From Macrostomum lignano (Eukaryota), in contig NIVC01003794.1 of the NCBI GenBank assembly GCA_002269645.1, positions 12,456 to 76,455 of the forward strand: a DNA stretch of 64,000 nucleotides. The letters run 5' to 3'. The position numbers and the translations under genes were made by a program. This document shows positions 12,552 to 45,126 of this stretch, one piece after another. Position 1 is the stretch's first letter. Each line of letters begins with the position of its first letter. Under the pieces are notes generated by a model. It saw only the letters and a list, made by a program, of their open reading frames with translations, made no database searches and was not told the DNA's origin.

Positions 12552-13337
12552 GAGGGGGGAGAGTGGAGTGACGGAGAGTGGAGAGAGGGAGAGTGGAGAG
12601 AGGGAGAGTGGAGAGAGGGAGAGTGGAGAGAGGGAGAGTGGAGAGAGGGAGAGTGGAGAGAGGGAGAGTGGAGAGAGGGAGAGTGGAGAGGGAGAGTGGA
12701 GAGAGGCAGAGTGGAGAGAGGGAGAGTGGAGAGAGGCAGAGTGGAGAGAGGCAGAGTGGAGAGAGGGAGAGTGGAGAGAGGCAGAGTGGAGAGAGGGAGA
12801 GTGGAGAGGGAGAGTGGAGAGAGGGAGAGTGGAGAGAGGGAGAGTGGAGAGAGGGAGAGTGGAGAGAGGGAGAGTGGAGAGAGGGAGAGTGGAGAGAGGG
12901 AGAGTGGAGAGAGGGAGAGTGGAGAGAGGGAGAGTGGAGAGAGGGAGAGTGGAGAGAGGGAGAGTGGAGAGAGGGAGAGTGGAGAGAGGGAGAGTGGAGA
13001 GAGGGAGAGTGGAGAGAGGGAGAGTGGAGAGAGGGAGAGTGGAGAGAGGGAGAGTGGAGAGGGGAGAGTAGAGAGAGGGAGAGTAGAGAGAGGGAGAGTG
13101 GAGAGAGGGAGAGTGGAGAGAGGGAGAGTGGAGAGAGGGAGAGTGGAGAGAGGGAGAGTGGAGAGAGGGAGAGTGGAGAGAGGGAGAGTAGAGAGAGGGA
13201 GAGTGGAGAGAGGGAGAGTAGAGAGAGGGAGGGTGGAGAGAGGGAGAGTGGAGAGAGGGAGAGTAGAGAGAGGGAGAGTGGAGAGAGGGAGAGTAGAGAG
13301 AGGGAGGGTGGAGAGAGGGAGAGTGGAGAGAGGGAGA
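12552..13337. repeat. 15-bp purine-rich minisatellite (GAGAGTGGAGAGAGG)n
   Basis: Directly visible; RGRVE/ESGER repeat ORFs. Confidence 0.97.
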
Positions 13338-13781
13338 TAGCTCGTTGATAAAAGCTTTAAAAATTCAGGATGTCCCGACTTAATAAAAGAACCACAGCCA
13401 AGTCTAAAGGCTAAAAAATAGGTAAATGTTAGTCCAAGTTTCCTCACAGCACGCTATCACTTACACAATAATAAGCTGTGCATCAGTTCTAAATCGCCCA
13501 GTTTTTTGCCACCGCACAGAGATATTGGCTTGTTAACAGCTCGTACTAGTCGACAGAGACTCCAGCTAGTGACTCAATGAGCCTGCAGTGCATATCATAT
13601 TTTTTCTATCTTACTTGCTTTTTATAGCAAAGCTGTCAGAGCCCCGTGGCGAACGCGGACCCCCCTCCCCCTCAACCCACGCGAACTGATAAGAGCAGCG
13701 AACAGTCTTTAAGTGTCTTTCTGGCTCGGCTCTTTATTTTTGCAAATTTTGCGCAGGCTGGTCGCGCGGCAGTCACTCAGC

Positions 13782-17842
<4,061 letters not shown>

Positions 17843-19004
17843 GCAGCTGAGCTGAGCCGGGCGAAGACTGTTTTTCAGTGCCTATTTGCATACAAGGACC
17901 GCTAGTGGGGTACGCGCGAGTACTGTGATAGCTGAAGAACTATTTACATATACGGAGTAGCAAGGCAAGCAAGGCTGATTGCGAAGGTGGGAAGTCACAC
18001 CGGACCTTAATTGGGACGCAGCAGCGTCCGGGGGCGGTCTGTTGGCCCGTGCATGCCTCTCTGTGCCATTTATTCTTGCAGGTTAATTGTCGCCGACCAT
18101 TGCTTCTTTTTACCTTTTTAATTCCTTTTGTACTCAGTTGGTGTGCTCAGTGTTAACCGGCATTATATCGTGGCTCGATATTTGCCCCCCAATTTTTTCA
18201 GTCCTGATTACTCCCGAGCCACGTGATCGAAGTCACGTACTGACTGGACTGTTCTCAACTGTACTCAATGCATTCATTCTAGATGTAGAACACAGAATCA
18301 TTTGACTTTTATTTCAGCTGGGGCTGCGATCGGACTCAGCGCTATTGTGCAATAAATAATAAATTGGCAACGTCAGTTTTGCGTGCAAATTTCAGTATTA
18401 ATATCATTACACCTTAAAACTAAAAACTTCTGCTTGAGTGGCCGATATTTTTAACCTCTAGTCTAGCGGCAAATACGTTACTTTGTAGACCCGGTAAGCA
18501 ATTTATCACGGATGTGCCCCCCCCCCCACATAGTGCACTCGCATAACTGACAAAATAGATTCCATGTAGGATCTCGAGCTGTCGGGTCTCCGAAGTTCTT
18601 CTAACCGAGACGCCCAAACTTCAGAGCAAACAGACTGTTATGAGTACAGCGGCGGGCCTGCTCAGACTGAGTGAGGCCTTGCACCGACCCCAGATAACCA
18701 GAGCAAATAAAGGGGGCCAAAAAGACCCCGGCTGCAGCCAAGCAAGCAGCGACTTCGTGCGAGTTGGAAATTGGCGGGCGATTCAAAAGCTCGAAATTAA
18801 GTTTGCCCGGTAGAAATCGTGAAGTTTCTGAGCCAGCGAAATTCACCCGACTGGCCAGGCGCTTCGTTTAGCACGGCATTTCTCGCTTCTGCAGCTGTGA
18901 ACACTTTGGGGATTCAACAAGTTACAATAAAACAGGGGTCGGTAAACTTTTTACCGCGAAGCTCCAGGTGGAGAACCCAGCGCATGACTGCCGGCCGGAG
19001 GAGG

Positions 19005-19590
19005 GGAGAGAAAAAAGAGTGATAGGAGAAGGGTGAGGCGAGGGGCGAGGGGCGAGAGGCGAGGTGAGGCGAAAAGAGAAGAGAGGAGAGGAGAGGAGAG
19101 GAGAGGAGAGGAGAGAGAAGGGAGAGGAGAGGAGAGAGGAGAGAAGAACGAGGAGAGGAGAGGAAAGAGGAAGAAGAAAAGAAGGGAGAAGAGACTGGAG
19201 AGAAGGAAGAGTAGAATAGAGATGAGAGGAGAGGAGAGGAGAGGAGAGGAGAGGAGAGAAGAGGAGAGGAGAGGAGAGGAGAAGAGAGGAGAGGAGAGAA
19301 GAGAGATGAGAGAAGAGAGAGAAGAGAAGAGGAGAGAATAGAGGAGAGGAGAGAAGAGAGATGAGAGGAGAGGAGAGAAGAGAGAGGAGAGAAGACAGGA
19401 GAGAAGAGAGAGGAGAGGAGAGAGAGGAGAGTAGTAGAGAGGAGAGAAGAGAGAGGAGAGGAGAGGAAAGAGGAAGAAGAAACTGGAGAGGAGAAGGAAG
19501 AGGAGAATAGAGCGGAGAGGAGAGAGGAAAGAGGAAAGGAGAGGAAAGAGGAGAAGGAAGATGAGAGAGGAGATTCGAAAAGAGAGCTGA
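19005..19590. repeat. GA-rich (AGAGG)n low-complexity repeat
   Basis: Purine-only stretch; the L/S/F-rich minus-strand ORFs are artefacts. Confidence 0.93.
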
Positions 19591-20159
19591 GAAGAGACAA
19601 ACCACGAGACGGTCGAATTTCTGTTGTGAATTTTCAAAGGACTGGAGGGCCGGATAGAGTCTTGGCGGGCAACTTAAAGCAACTTAAAATGAGGAAGTTA
19701 CAGGGATGATTTGGCCCAACTTGTCCTTGCTCCAATCGCCAGCTTTCGCCCCTTTCTGCAACTGCACTTTTGTCTCATTCATAAACTTATTCAAGTAACA
19801 CAAGCTAAACGCTTGGCATTTCTAAGAAAGACTTAGTCTATATTTGACGCCACACTGAAGGGCAGGATGGGCCGCGGACAGCAGCATCAACAAGCCGAAC
19901 ACGCGATAATGCGTAGAACAAGGATTCAGTTCAGAAATAACACGGACACACTTTGCGCAATCTGCCTACTTACAAACAATCGCTAGCTAGTAGTATAATG
20001 CGACTAGTTTCTTTCCAGCGGAAGAGATTAGTGAATAATAATTAATAAAAATAATAATATATAAAATTATTACACGTATATAATAATATATTTTGATTCA
20101 AATGTAAGGGAATGCTGCCGTATGTCTGCCTGACTACTCATGTACCCATCGTGCTGTGA

Positions 20160-20515
20160 CTGCCCCACAATCTACCACACCTACTCTACATCTACAATCT
20201 GCCATCCCCCTATGCCACTCTACCAACCAACCTACTCTACAATCTGCCATCCCCCTATCCCACTCTACCAACCAACCTACTCTACAATCTGCCATCCACC
20301 TATCCCACTCTACCAAACAACCTACTCTACAATCTGCCATCCCCCTATCCCACTCTACCAACCAACCTACTCTACAATCTGCCATCCCCCTATCCCACTC
20401 TACCAACCAACCTACTCTACAATCTGCCATCCACCTATCCCACTCTACCAACCAACCTACTCTACAATCTGCCATCCACCTATCCCACTCTACCAAACAA
20501 CCTACTCTACAATCT
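20160..20515. repeat. 45-bp minisatellite related to the 44-bp array at 21030-22170
   Basis: Unit CCACTCTACCAACCAACCTACTCTACAATCTGCCATCCCCCTATC, about 8 copies; shares the core CCTACTCTACAATCTGCCA. Confidence 0.93.
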
Positions 20516-20547
20516 ATGAGTACCTTACATGTACCTCAAAGACTAAT

Positions 20548-20670
20548 GCCGGACTCCGGTTCGCCACAATCGCCATTGTCATTAACTGGGGGAATTTTCG
20601 GTAGCTCTGGAAAAGTGAAAAGTTTTAGAAACTTTTATGAACCAAATTAGGAAATTATAATTTAACTGAA
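20548..20670 (-). pseudogene. Decayed copy of the FKBP6 upstream region and first codons (start ATG changed to ATT)
   Basis: 20551-20650 aligns without gaps to 25841-25940 at 75/100 identities (hand count); ATG at 25885 corresponds to ATT at 20595. Confidence 0.85.
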
Positions 20671-21029
20671 GGCTGAGGTCGACCCTGCCATGCTGAGTTA
20701 GAAAACTCATCCTACACTGATTTGTCAGTCTTTCACCTCTTCTGCAAGTGCACTACTCATCCAATCATAAATTTATTCAAGTAACAAATGTTTGGCATTT
20801 CTCAGAAACACGAACAAACATTTCGTTTCAAACGCATAGTGAACTGTTTGATTAACTAAGTAACTAATTAGGTAATAGTTTATTATTATTAATTAGACAC
20901 AAAATGTTTTGAATTTTAAAAAAAATGTAAAGAAAAGCATATTATAGATTTAAAAAGGTCGGAAATGCAATACAATACCGTTATATGACTGCCTACCATG
21001 ACTACTTATGTGCCCATTGTGCTGTGCAT

Positions 21030-22170
21030 ACCATCTATCCCACACTCTACTGCACCTGCTCTACAATCTGCCACCCATCTATCCCACACTCTACTGCACC
21101 TACTTTACAATCTGCCACCCATCTATCCCACACTCTACTGCACCTACTCTACAATCTGCCATCAATCCATCCCACTTTACTGCACCTGCTCTACAATCTG
21201 CCATCCATCTATCCCACACTCTACTGCACCTACTCTACAATCTGCCACCCATCTATCCCACACTCTACTGCACCTGCGCTACAATCTGCCATCAATCCAT
21301 CCCACTTTACTGCACCTACTCTACAATCTGCCACCCATCTATCCCACACTCTACTGCACCTGCTCTACAATCTGCCACCCATCTATCCCACACTCTACTG
21401 CACCTACTCTACAATCTGCCACCCATCTATCCCACACTCTACTGCACCTACTCTACAATCTGCCACCCATCTATCCCACACTCTACTGCACCTACTCTAC
21501 AATCTGCCATCAATCCATCCCACTTTACTGCACCTACTCTACAATCTGCCATCCATCTATCCCACACTCTACTACACCTGCTTTACAATCTGCCACTCAT
21601 CTATCCCACACTCTACTGCACCTGCTCTACAATCTGCCACTCATCTATCCCACACTCTACTACACCTACTTTACAATCTGCCACTCATCTATCCCACACT
21701 CTACTGCACCTGCTCTACAATCTGCCACTCATCTATCCCACACTCTACTGCACCTACTCTACAATCTGCCACCCATCTATCCCACACTCTACTGCACCTA
21801 CTCTACAATCTGCCACCCATCTATCCCACACTCTACTGCACCTACTCTACAATCTGCCACCCATCTATCCCACACTCTACTGCACCTACTCTACAATCTG
21901 CCACCCATCTATCCAACACTCTACTGCACCTACTCTACAATCTGCCACCCATCTATCCCACACTCTACTGCACCTGCTCTACAATCTGCCACTCATCTAT
22001 CCCACACTCTACTGCACCTACTTTACAATCTGCCACCCATCTATCCCACACTCTACTGCACCTACTTTACAATCTGCCATTCATCTATCCCACACTCTAC
22101 TGCACCTACTTTACAATCTGCCACCCATCTATCCCACACTCTACTGCACCTACTTTACAATCTGCCATCC
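21030..22170. repeat. 44-bp minisatellite (CCCACACTCTACTGCACCTACTCTACAATCTGCCACCCATCTAT)n
   Basis: About 26 units; source of three ~400-aa artefact ORFs. Confidence 0.97.
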
Positions 22171-22410
22171 ATTCTACCATTTCCTCTAAATTCTACAAAC
22201 TACATGTACCCCACAAACTCTAAAACACACTCAGCCACCAGCCGTGAAACCCACTCGTAATCCCGCTAGTCTGAGACACCCAAAATTTTCATAAACATGA
22301 AAACTAGAACTAAAAAACGAGGGAAGCAATAGAGGGTAACAAACGCACTCGCAACAATCAAGCACGCGGGACAGTTGCTCATCCAGCAGCTGTTGAATGG
22401 CCGGCTCCAG

Positions 22411-25400
22411 TCAACCGAAATTCGGCTTGGGCTTCACAATGGTGACAGTTCTGGGCGTCTCCTGCACCGTCAGCCTGGGGTCCGCAGCCTTGGCGGCCGC
22501 AGTCAGCTGTTTCACATCCGTCTCTGTCAGCACGGCCTTGCTGACCACCAAGTTCGGCATGGACGGGTTGGCCAGGAACTCGTCCAGTTTGCGGCGGAGC
22601 TCCGGGTTGATCGGCTGCTCATCCCGCTGCTGCTGCTGTTGAGACTGCGAGCCGTTGCCGCCGCCGGCAAAGTCGCCGCCCATGCGCCTGTAGAGCCTTC
22701 GCTGGTCCTCCCGGTATTTCCGCAGCTCGTCATCGTTTCGTCGGATGGCCTTCTCGACTCGGTCGCGAGAATTCGAGCTCAGGCCGACGCCGAGAATCTC
22801 GCGGCATCGCTGCAGCGATCTGGCCGCCTCGGCGTGCTGGCCCATGGAGCAGAGGGCTTCGCCGCGCCACAACAGCGCCTTGGGGTTGCGCTCGTCCCGC
22901 TTCAGGGCCTCGTTGCATTCGCGCACAGCCGACGGGAACTTGCCGAGGTGGTACAGCGTGATGGCCTTGTTGACACTGATCACCGACAGCTCCCGGTTCA
23001 TGCGGGCTTCCTCCTGCGGGTTGGCCGGTTTGTTTGGGGTCATTCTCGGGTGAGTTCAGGGCGACTCCCAGAGTGTGTTTGGGGTCATTCTCAGGGTGAG
23101 TTCAGGGCGACTCCCAGAGTGTGTTTGGGGTCATTCTCAGGGCGAGTTCAGGGCGACTCCCAGAGTGTGTTTGGGGTCATTCTCAGGGCGACTCCCAGAG
23201 CGTGTTTGGGGTCATTCTCAGGGCGAGTTCAGGGCGACTCCTCCCAGAGTGTGTTTGGGGTCATTCTCAGGGCGACTCCCAGAGCGTGTTTGGGGTCATT
23301 CTCAGGGCGAGTTCAGGGCGACTCCCAGAGTGTGTTTGGGGTCATTCTCAGGGCGAGTTCAGGGCGACTCCCAGAGTGTGTTTGGGGTCATTCTCAGGGC
23401 AAGTTCAGGGCGACTCCTCCCAGAGTGTGTTTGGGGTCATTCTCAGGGCGACTCCCAGAGCGTGTTTGGGGTCATTCTCAGGGTGAGTTCAGGGCGACTC
23501 CCAGAGTGTGTTTGGGGTCATTCTCAGGGTGAGTTTAAGGCGATTCCCAGAGCGTGTTTGGGGTCATTCTCAGGGTGAGTTCAGGGCGACTCCCAGAGTG
23601 TGTTTGGGGTCATTCTCAGGGCGAGTTTAAGGCGACTCACAGAGCGTGTTTGGGGTCATTCTCAGGGTGAGTTTAAGGCGACTCCCAGAGTGTGTTTGGG
23701 GTCATTCTCAGGGGGCGATTGTGTGAACTACATTAGGATGATTCTCGGGGCGATACTCGTACATATATGGGCAACTTTTTAAGACTGACAACGGCAGCTC
23801 TCGAAAATAAATCAGGGCTTCTTGTAGGGAGAAGATTACAGTGATGTCTGCGCTTTTAGATGTCTATGGCTTAACAAACCTACATATGTCTATGGCCTAA
23901 CACACCTACGTATGTCTATGGCCTAACACACCTACATTTGTCTGTGGCTTAACAGACCTACATATATCTGTGGCCTAACACATCTACATATGTCTGTGGC
24001 CTAACACATCTACATTTGTCTGTGGCCTAACACACCCACATGTCTATGGCCTAACACACCCACATGTCTATGGCCTAACACGGCCCATTATATGTCTATG
24101 GTCAAGACATAGACTTTGACACTGGCTTAGGCCCCAGAGCGACAGCTGGAGTAGCCGCAGGCGCGCCAGCCAACTAACCTCTTCGCTGGTGACGTTCATG
24201 CTCGTGAGCACCTGCTCAGCGGCTCGGTATTTTTGATAGGCTTGCACGTGCAGGCGGCGGCCGAACAGGTCCTTGGCGGTGTGTCGCAGGTTCTGCACAA
24301 CGCCCAGCTGTACCCGGAATGGCACCTTCCGGCGCTCGTCCTCGTCCCGGGAATAGAACGCGTCCACCGAGTGGCTGTCGCAGAAGCTGACCAACTCGAC
24401 GTCGGCCAGGATCGGCTCGCCGCCGGGGATGCGCGGAGCGGCGCCCTGCTCGCCAAGGAAGGCGTCGGGGTGGATGTGGAACACGGCCCGCTCGCCCTTG
24501 CACATGCTGGCCAGGGCCCAGTCGATGCCGGGGATCATGTCGGAGTTCAGCCGCTTCGTGTACGGCTTGGCGTCCAGGTGCTGCCTGGTGGAGTCGAAAG
24601 GCTCGACTAGCGACTCGGCGAACAGGGTATAGTGGAAGGTCACCATGGCGTCCGGGGGCGGCGGGCTGCCCGAGCCGAACTTCTTCACCCGCTTGTGCAG
24701 CAGGCCGTGCCGCTCCGAGCCGGGGTCCGGGAACACGTCGGTCATCGTGCGCCGCTTGCGCTCGAATCGGGAGACGCCGCTAGCGTCGTCCTCGGCATCG
24801 TCGTCATCTTCATCGTCGCTGATGCCCACCTGCGGGAGCAGTGGGCCGGGCTCGGGTCAGGTCTCACCGATTGAGGCCAAGAGGCTTGCCTGGGAAATCT
24901 AGGACCCACTTGGGAATATGGGGTTTGGGAGCTGGGAATCAACATGGGGATCTGGGAATCAACAATGGGATCTGGGATTAAGCAGGAATCAACATAGGGA
25001 TTTAGAAATCAACAATGGGGATCTGGGAGTCAACATGGGGATCTGGGAGTCAACATGGGGATCTGGAAATCAACATGAGGGTCTGGGAATCAACATGGGG
25101 ATCTAGAAATCAACACGAGGGTCTGGGAGTCAACATGGGGATCTGGGAGTCAACATGGGGATCTGGAAATCAACATGAGGGTCTGGGAATCAACATGGGG
25201 ATCTAGAAATCAACATGAGGGTCTGGGAATCAACATGGGGATCTGGAAATCAACATGAGGGTCCGGGAATCAACATGGGGATCTAGAAATCAACATGGGA
25301 ATCTGGAAATCAACATAGGGATCTGGAGATGAGCACAGGGGATCTGGGAATCAACATGGGGATCTGGGAGTCAGCATGGGGATCTGGGAATCAACATGGG

Positions 25401-25885
25401 GATCTGGGAGTCAACATGGGGATCTGGGAGTCAGCATGGGGATCTGGGAATCAGCATGGGGATCTGGGAATCAACATGGGGATCTGGGAGTCAGCATGGG
25501 GATCTGGGAGTCAGCATGGGGATCTGGGCCGAATCAACATGGGGATCTGGGAGCAACCAACTCAGAAACAGTGGATTATGTTCTGCAATGCACTCACCTG
25601 CTCCATGCGCCTGAGATACTCCCTATCGCGGAACAAGCCCTGAACCAGTTCAATTTCCGGATCCTCCTCGGTCTCGGGCACGCTGAACTCGACTCCATCG
25701 TTGCTGAGCACATCTCTGCGGTGGATTGGCTGGTTCAGCCGGGTACTCGGCGCTTCAATGGCGCCTCCCTCGGACGGCATCTGGCTGACGATGCGATTGA
25801 TGCGGTCCCGCTCCTCCTGGGTGAACTGCAGGTCCTGGCCGGACGCCGGGCCCTCACCATCACCGTTGCCATTGGCGGAAGGCAT
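22411..25885 (-). CDS. FKBP6: FKBP6/Shutdown-family FKBP-TPR co-chaperone (~513 aa)
   Basis: Exons 25598-25885 (ATG; donor CAG|gtgagt), 24179-24829 (ctcccgcag| ... GAG|gttagt) and 22411-23013 (aacccgcag| ... stop), all phase 0. FKBP domain (MVTFHYTLFAESLVEPFDS...GIDWALASMCKGERAVF...PRIPGGEPILADVEL), the FKBP6-type linker (VDAFYSRDEDERRKVPFRVQLGVV) and TPRs (NKAITLYHL...ALKRDERNPKALLWRGEA) recall FKBP6. Confidence 0.9.
23033..23712. repeat. ~46-bp minisatellite in FKBP6 intron 2, abutting the acceptor
   Basis: Unit GGGGTCATTCTCAGGGCGAGTTCAGGGCGACTCCCAGAGTGTGTTT, with shorter variants. Confidence 0.95.
23830..24125. repeat. Dispersed element containing an expanded 26-bp minisatellite; inverted relative at 48780-48895
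   Basis: Unit TATGTCTATGGCCTAACACACCTACA. Flanks gatgtctgc(g/a)cttttagatgtcta and (a)gac(a)..g..ctttgac are shared with the reverse complement of 48780-48895. Confidence 0.8.
24900..25550. repeat. 20-bp minisatellite (GGAATCAACATGGGGATCTG)n in FKBP6 intron 1
   Basis: About 32 units. Confidence 0.95.
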
Positions 25886-26049
25886 TTTCGGTAGCTCCCG
25901 ACAAGTCAAAAGTTTTCAAAACTTGTACAAACTAAATTAGGGCACGGAAGTTTAGCAGAAGGTCAAGGATTGGATATTGAGCGATTTAATTACCCTGTGA
26001 CAGCAAACACAGTTTATCAGATTTGATTGGCTGTTGGGGACTGAACCCG

Positions 26050-27590
26050 AACTCGCTGACTGACTGACTGTCCGACTGACTGACTGACTGACTGTTCGAC
26101 TGACTGACTGACTGACTGACTGACTGACTGACTGACTGACTGACTGACTGACTCACTGACTGACTGACTGACTCACTCACTGACTCACTCACTCACTGAC
26201 TGACTGTCCGACTGACTGACTCACTGACTGACTGTCTGTCTGTCTGACTGACTCACTCACTGGCTGACTGACTGACTGACTGACTGGCTGACTGACTGAC
26301 TGACTGACTGACTGACTGACTGACTGACTGACTGTCCGACTGATTCACTCACTGACTGTCCGACTGACTGACTGACTGTCCGACTGACTGACTGTCTGTC
26401 TGACTGACTGACTGACTGACTGACTGACTGACTGTCCGACTGACTGACTGACTGTCCGACTGACTGACTGTCTGTCTGACTGACTCACTCGCTGACTGAC
26501 TGACTGTCTGACTGACTGTTCGACTGACTGTCTGACTGATTCAATCGCTCGCTGACTGACTGACTGTCTGACTGACTGACTGACTGACTGTCTGACTGAC
26601 TGACTGTCCGACTGACTATCTGACTGACTGTCTGACTGACTCACTCGCTGACCGACTGACTGTCTGACTGACTGACTGACTGTCTGTCTGTCTGACTGAC
26701 TGACTGACTGACTGACTGACTGTCGATCTGACTGACTGACTGACTGTCTGTCTGACTGACTGACTGACTGACTGACTGACTAGCTGACTGACTGGCTGAC
26801 TAGCTGACTGACTGGCTGACTGACTAGCTGACTGAATAGCTGACTGACTGTCCGACTGACTGACTCACTCACTGACTGTCCGACTGACTCACTCACTGAC
26901 TGTCCGACTAACTGACTGACTGACTGTCTGTCTGACTCACTCGCTGACCGACTGACTGTCTGACTGACTGACTGACTGTCTGACTGACTGGCTGTCTGAC
27001 TGACTGACTGACTGACTGTCTGTCTGTCTGACTGACTCACTCGCTGACCGACTGACTGTCTGACTGACTGGCTGTCTGACTGACTGGCTGTCTGACTGAC
27101 TGGCTGTCTGACTGACTGGCTGTCTGACTGATTGGCTGACTGTCGATCTGACTGACTGACTGACTGTCTGTCTGACTGACTGACTGACTGACTAACTGAC
27201 TGACTAGCTGACTGACTGGCTGACTAGCTGACTGACTGGCTGACTGACTAGCTGACTGAATAGCTGACTGACTGTCCGACTGACTGACTCACTCACTGAC
27301 TGTCCGACTGACTCACTCACTGACTGTCCGACTAACTGACTGACTGACTGTCTGTCTGACTCACTCGCTGACCGACTGACTGTCTGACTGACTGACTGAC
27401 TGTCTGACTGACTGGCTGTCTGACTGACTGACTGACTGACTGACTGTCTGTCTGTCTGACTGACTCACTCGCTGACCGACTGACTGTCTGACTGACTGGC
27501 TGTCTGACTGACTGGCTGTCTGACTGACTGGCTGTCTGACTGACTGGCTGTCTGACTGACTGGCTGTCTGACTGACTGACTGACTGACTG
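26050..27590. repeat. Degenerate (CTGA)n microsatellite with a 420-bp internal duplication
   Basis: Marker tgtcgatctg recurs at 26721 and 27141. Confidence 0.96.
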
Positions 27591-28023
27591 AAACAGCATC
27601 AAAGGATTTGTCGCAAGCTGTTCAAAGCAAGTATATTTATAATTTAGTAGATCAAACAAATTGTTTTGAAGTATCGTTGCGGTTAAATTATTGCAAAAGA
27701 ATTCTATGCAAAAAATGACAGGAAAATTACAATTAGACTACAAGAGATTCACAAGCAGCTTGCGTGAAGCAATGGGTTTACAAGAACAGTTCTGTTGCGA
27801 AATTCCAAGAAACATGGGTCTGGGGAACGAATATATTAATTACAAAATTCTGCCAAACTTACATGGGAAATTGCAAGAAAGAATCGCGCATCACACTACT
27901 GACAAAAATGTGACTAGTAGAGTACAGTGTTTCATTTGCGACACAAAAATATCCGCACAATTTGTGACCAGACAAAACTACAGTGGGGACACGAGTGAAA
28001 TAAAATATTGCGGAATGCTAATA

Positions 28024-28877
28024 TCTGCCTCTCCGCTCTCCCTCAGCTACTGAATCTGCCTCTCCGCTCTCCCTCAGCTACTGAATCTGCCTCTCCGCTC
28101 TCCCTCAGCTACTGAATCTGCCTCTCCGCTCTCCCTCAGCTACTGAATCTGCCTCTCCGCTCCCCCTCAGCTACTGAATCTGCCTCTCCGCTCCCCCTCA
28201 GCTACTGAATCTGCCTCTCCGCTCTCCCTCAGCTACTGAATCTGCCTCTCCGCTCTCCCTCAGCTACTGAATCTGCCTCTCCGCTCCCCCTCAGCTACTG
28301 AATCTGCCTCTCCGCTCTCCCTCAGCTACTGAATCTGCCTCTCCGCTCTCCCTCAGCTACTGAATCTGCCTCTCCGCTCTCCCTCAGCTACTGAATCTGC
28401 CTCTCCGCTCTCCCTCAGCTACTGAATCTGCCTCTCCGCTCTCCCTCAGCTACTGAATCTGCCTCTCCGCTCTCCCTCAGCTACTGAATCTGCCTCTCCG
28501 CTCTCCCTCAGCTACTGAATCTGCCTCTCCGCTCCCCCTCAGCTACTGAATCTGCCTCTCCGCTCCCCCTCAGCTACTGAATCTGCCTCTCCGCTCTCCC
28601 TCAGCTACTGAATCTGCCTCTCCGCTCTCCCTCAGCTACTGAATCTGCCTCTCCGCTCCCCCTCAGCTACTGAATCTGCCTCTCCGCTCTCCCTCAGCTA
28701 CTGAATCTGCCTCTCCGCTCTCCCTCAGCTACTGAATCTGCCTCTCCGCTCTCCCTCAGCTACTGAATCTGCCTCTCCGCTCTCCCTCAGCTACTGAATC
28801 TGCCTCTCCGCTCTCCCTCAGCTACTGAATCTGCCTCTCCGCTCTCCCTCAGCTACTGAATCTGCATCTCCGCTCCA
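28024..28877. repeat. 31-bp minisatellite (TCTGCCTCTCCGCTCTCCCTCAGCTACTGAA)n
   Basis: About 27.5 near-identical units. Confidence 0.98.
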
Positions 28878-29214
28878 GAGCCAAAGGAATCTGTAACTAT
28901 CTTTTTAGTTTCTAAGGTCAACTCAAACCGGACTAACAAATACGCTCGTAAATAATCATTCATGCGATTTGGTAAAGCCAAATGAAAACGAATATCTCGA
29001 ATTTTTTAAAAAGATATTGCACAAAAACTGGATCAGAGACAGGGGGGACAGTACTAATGTCAGATGACGACAGGCATTTTAACTGTAAACTTGCAGACAC
29101 GGAAATGTGGAAGGGCAAATCAATGGCTGTGTTAAAATTAGTATGATTAATTTTTAATAAAGATTTGCGAATCATTTTTCTCACACCAGCTAAAGTCAGG
29201 CGCATCAGCGATGG

Positions 29215-45126
<15,912 letters not shown>

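Noticed and set aside
20985-22260. Three ~400-aa overlapping ORFs
   Set aside because: All frames are open only because the 44-bp repeat lacks stops; no coding signals.
22375-23532. 385-aa plus-strand ORF
   Set aside because: Antisense shadow of GC-rich FKBP6 exon 3 running into a minisatellite. The ORFs overlapping the GPCR and 17301-17850 are similar shadows.
25886-25909. Longer FKBP6 start (MTCRELPK) from the ORF track
   Set aside because: It begins at TTG; the first in-frame ATG is at 25885.
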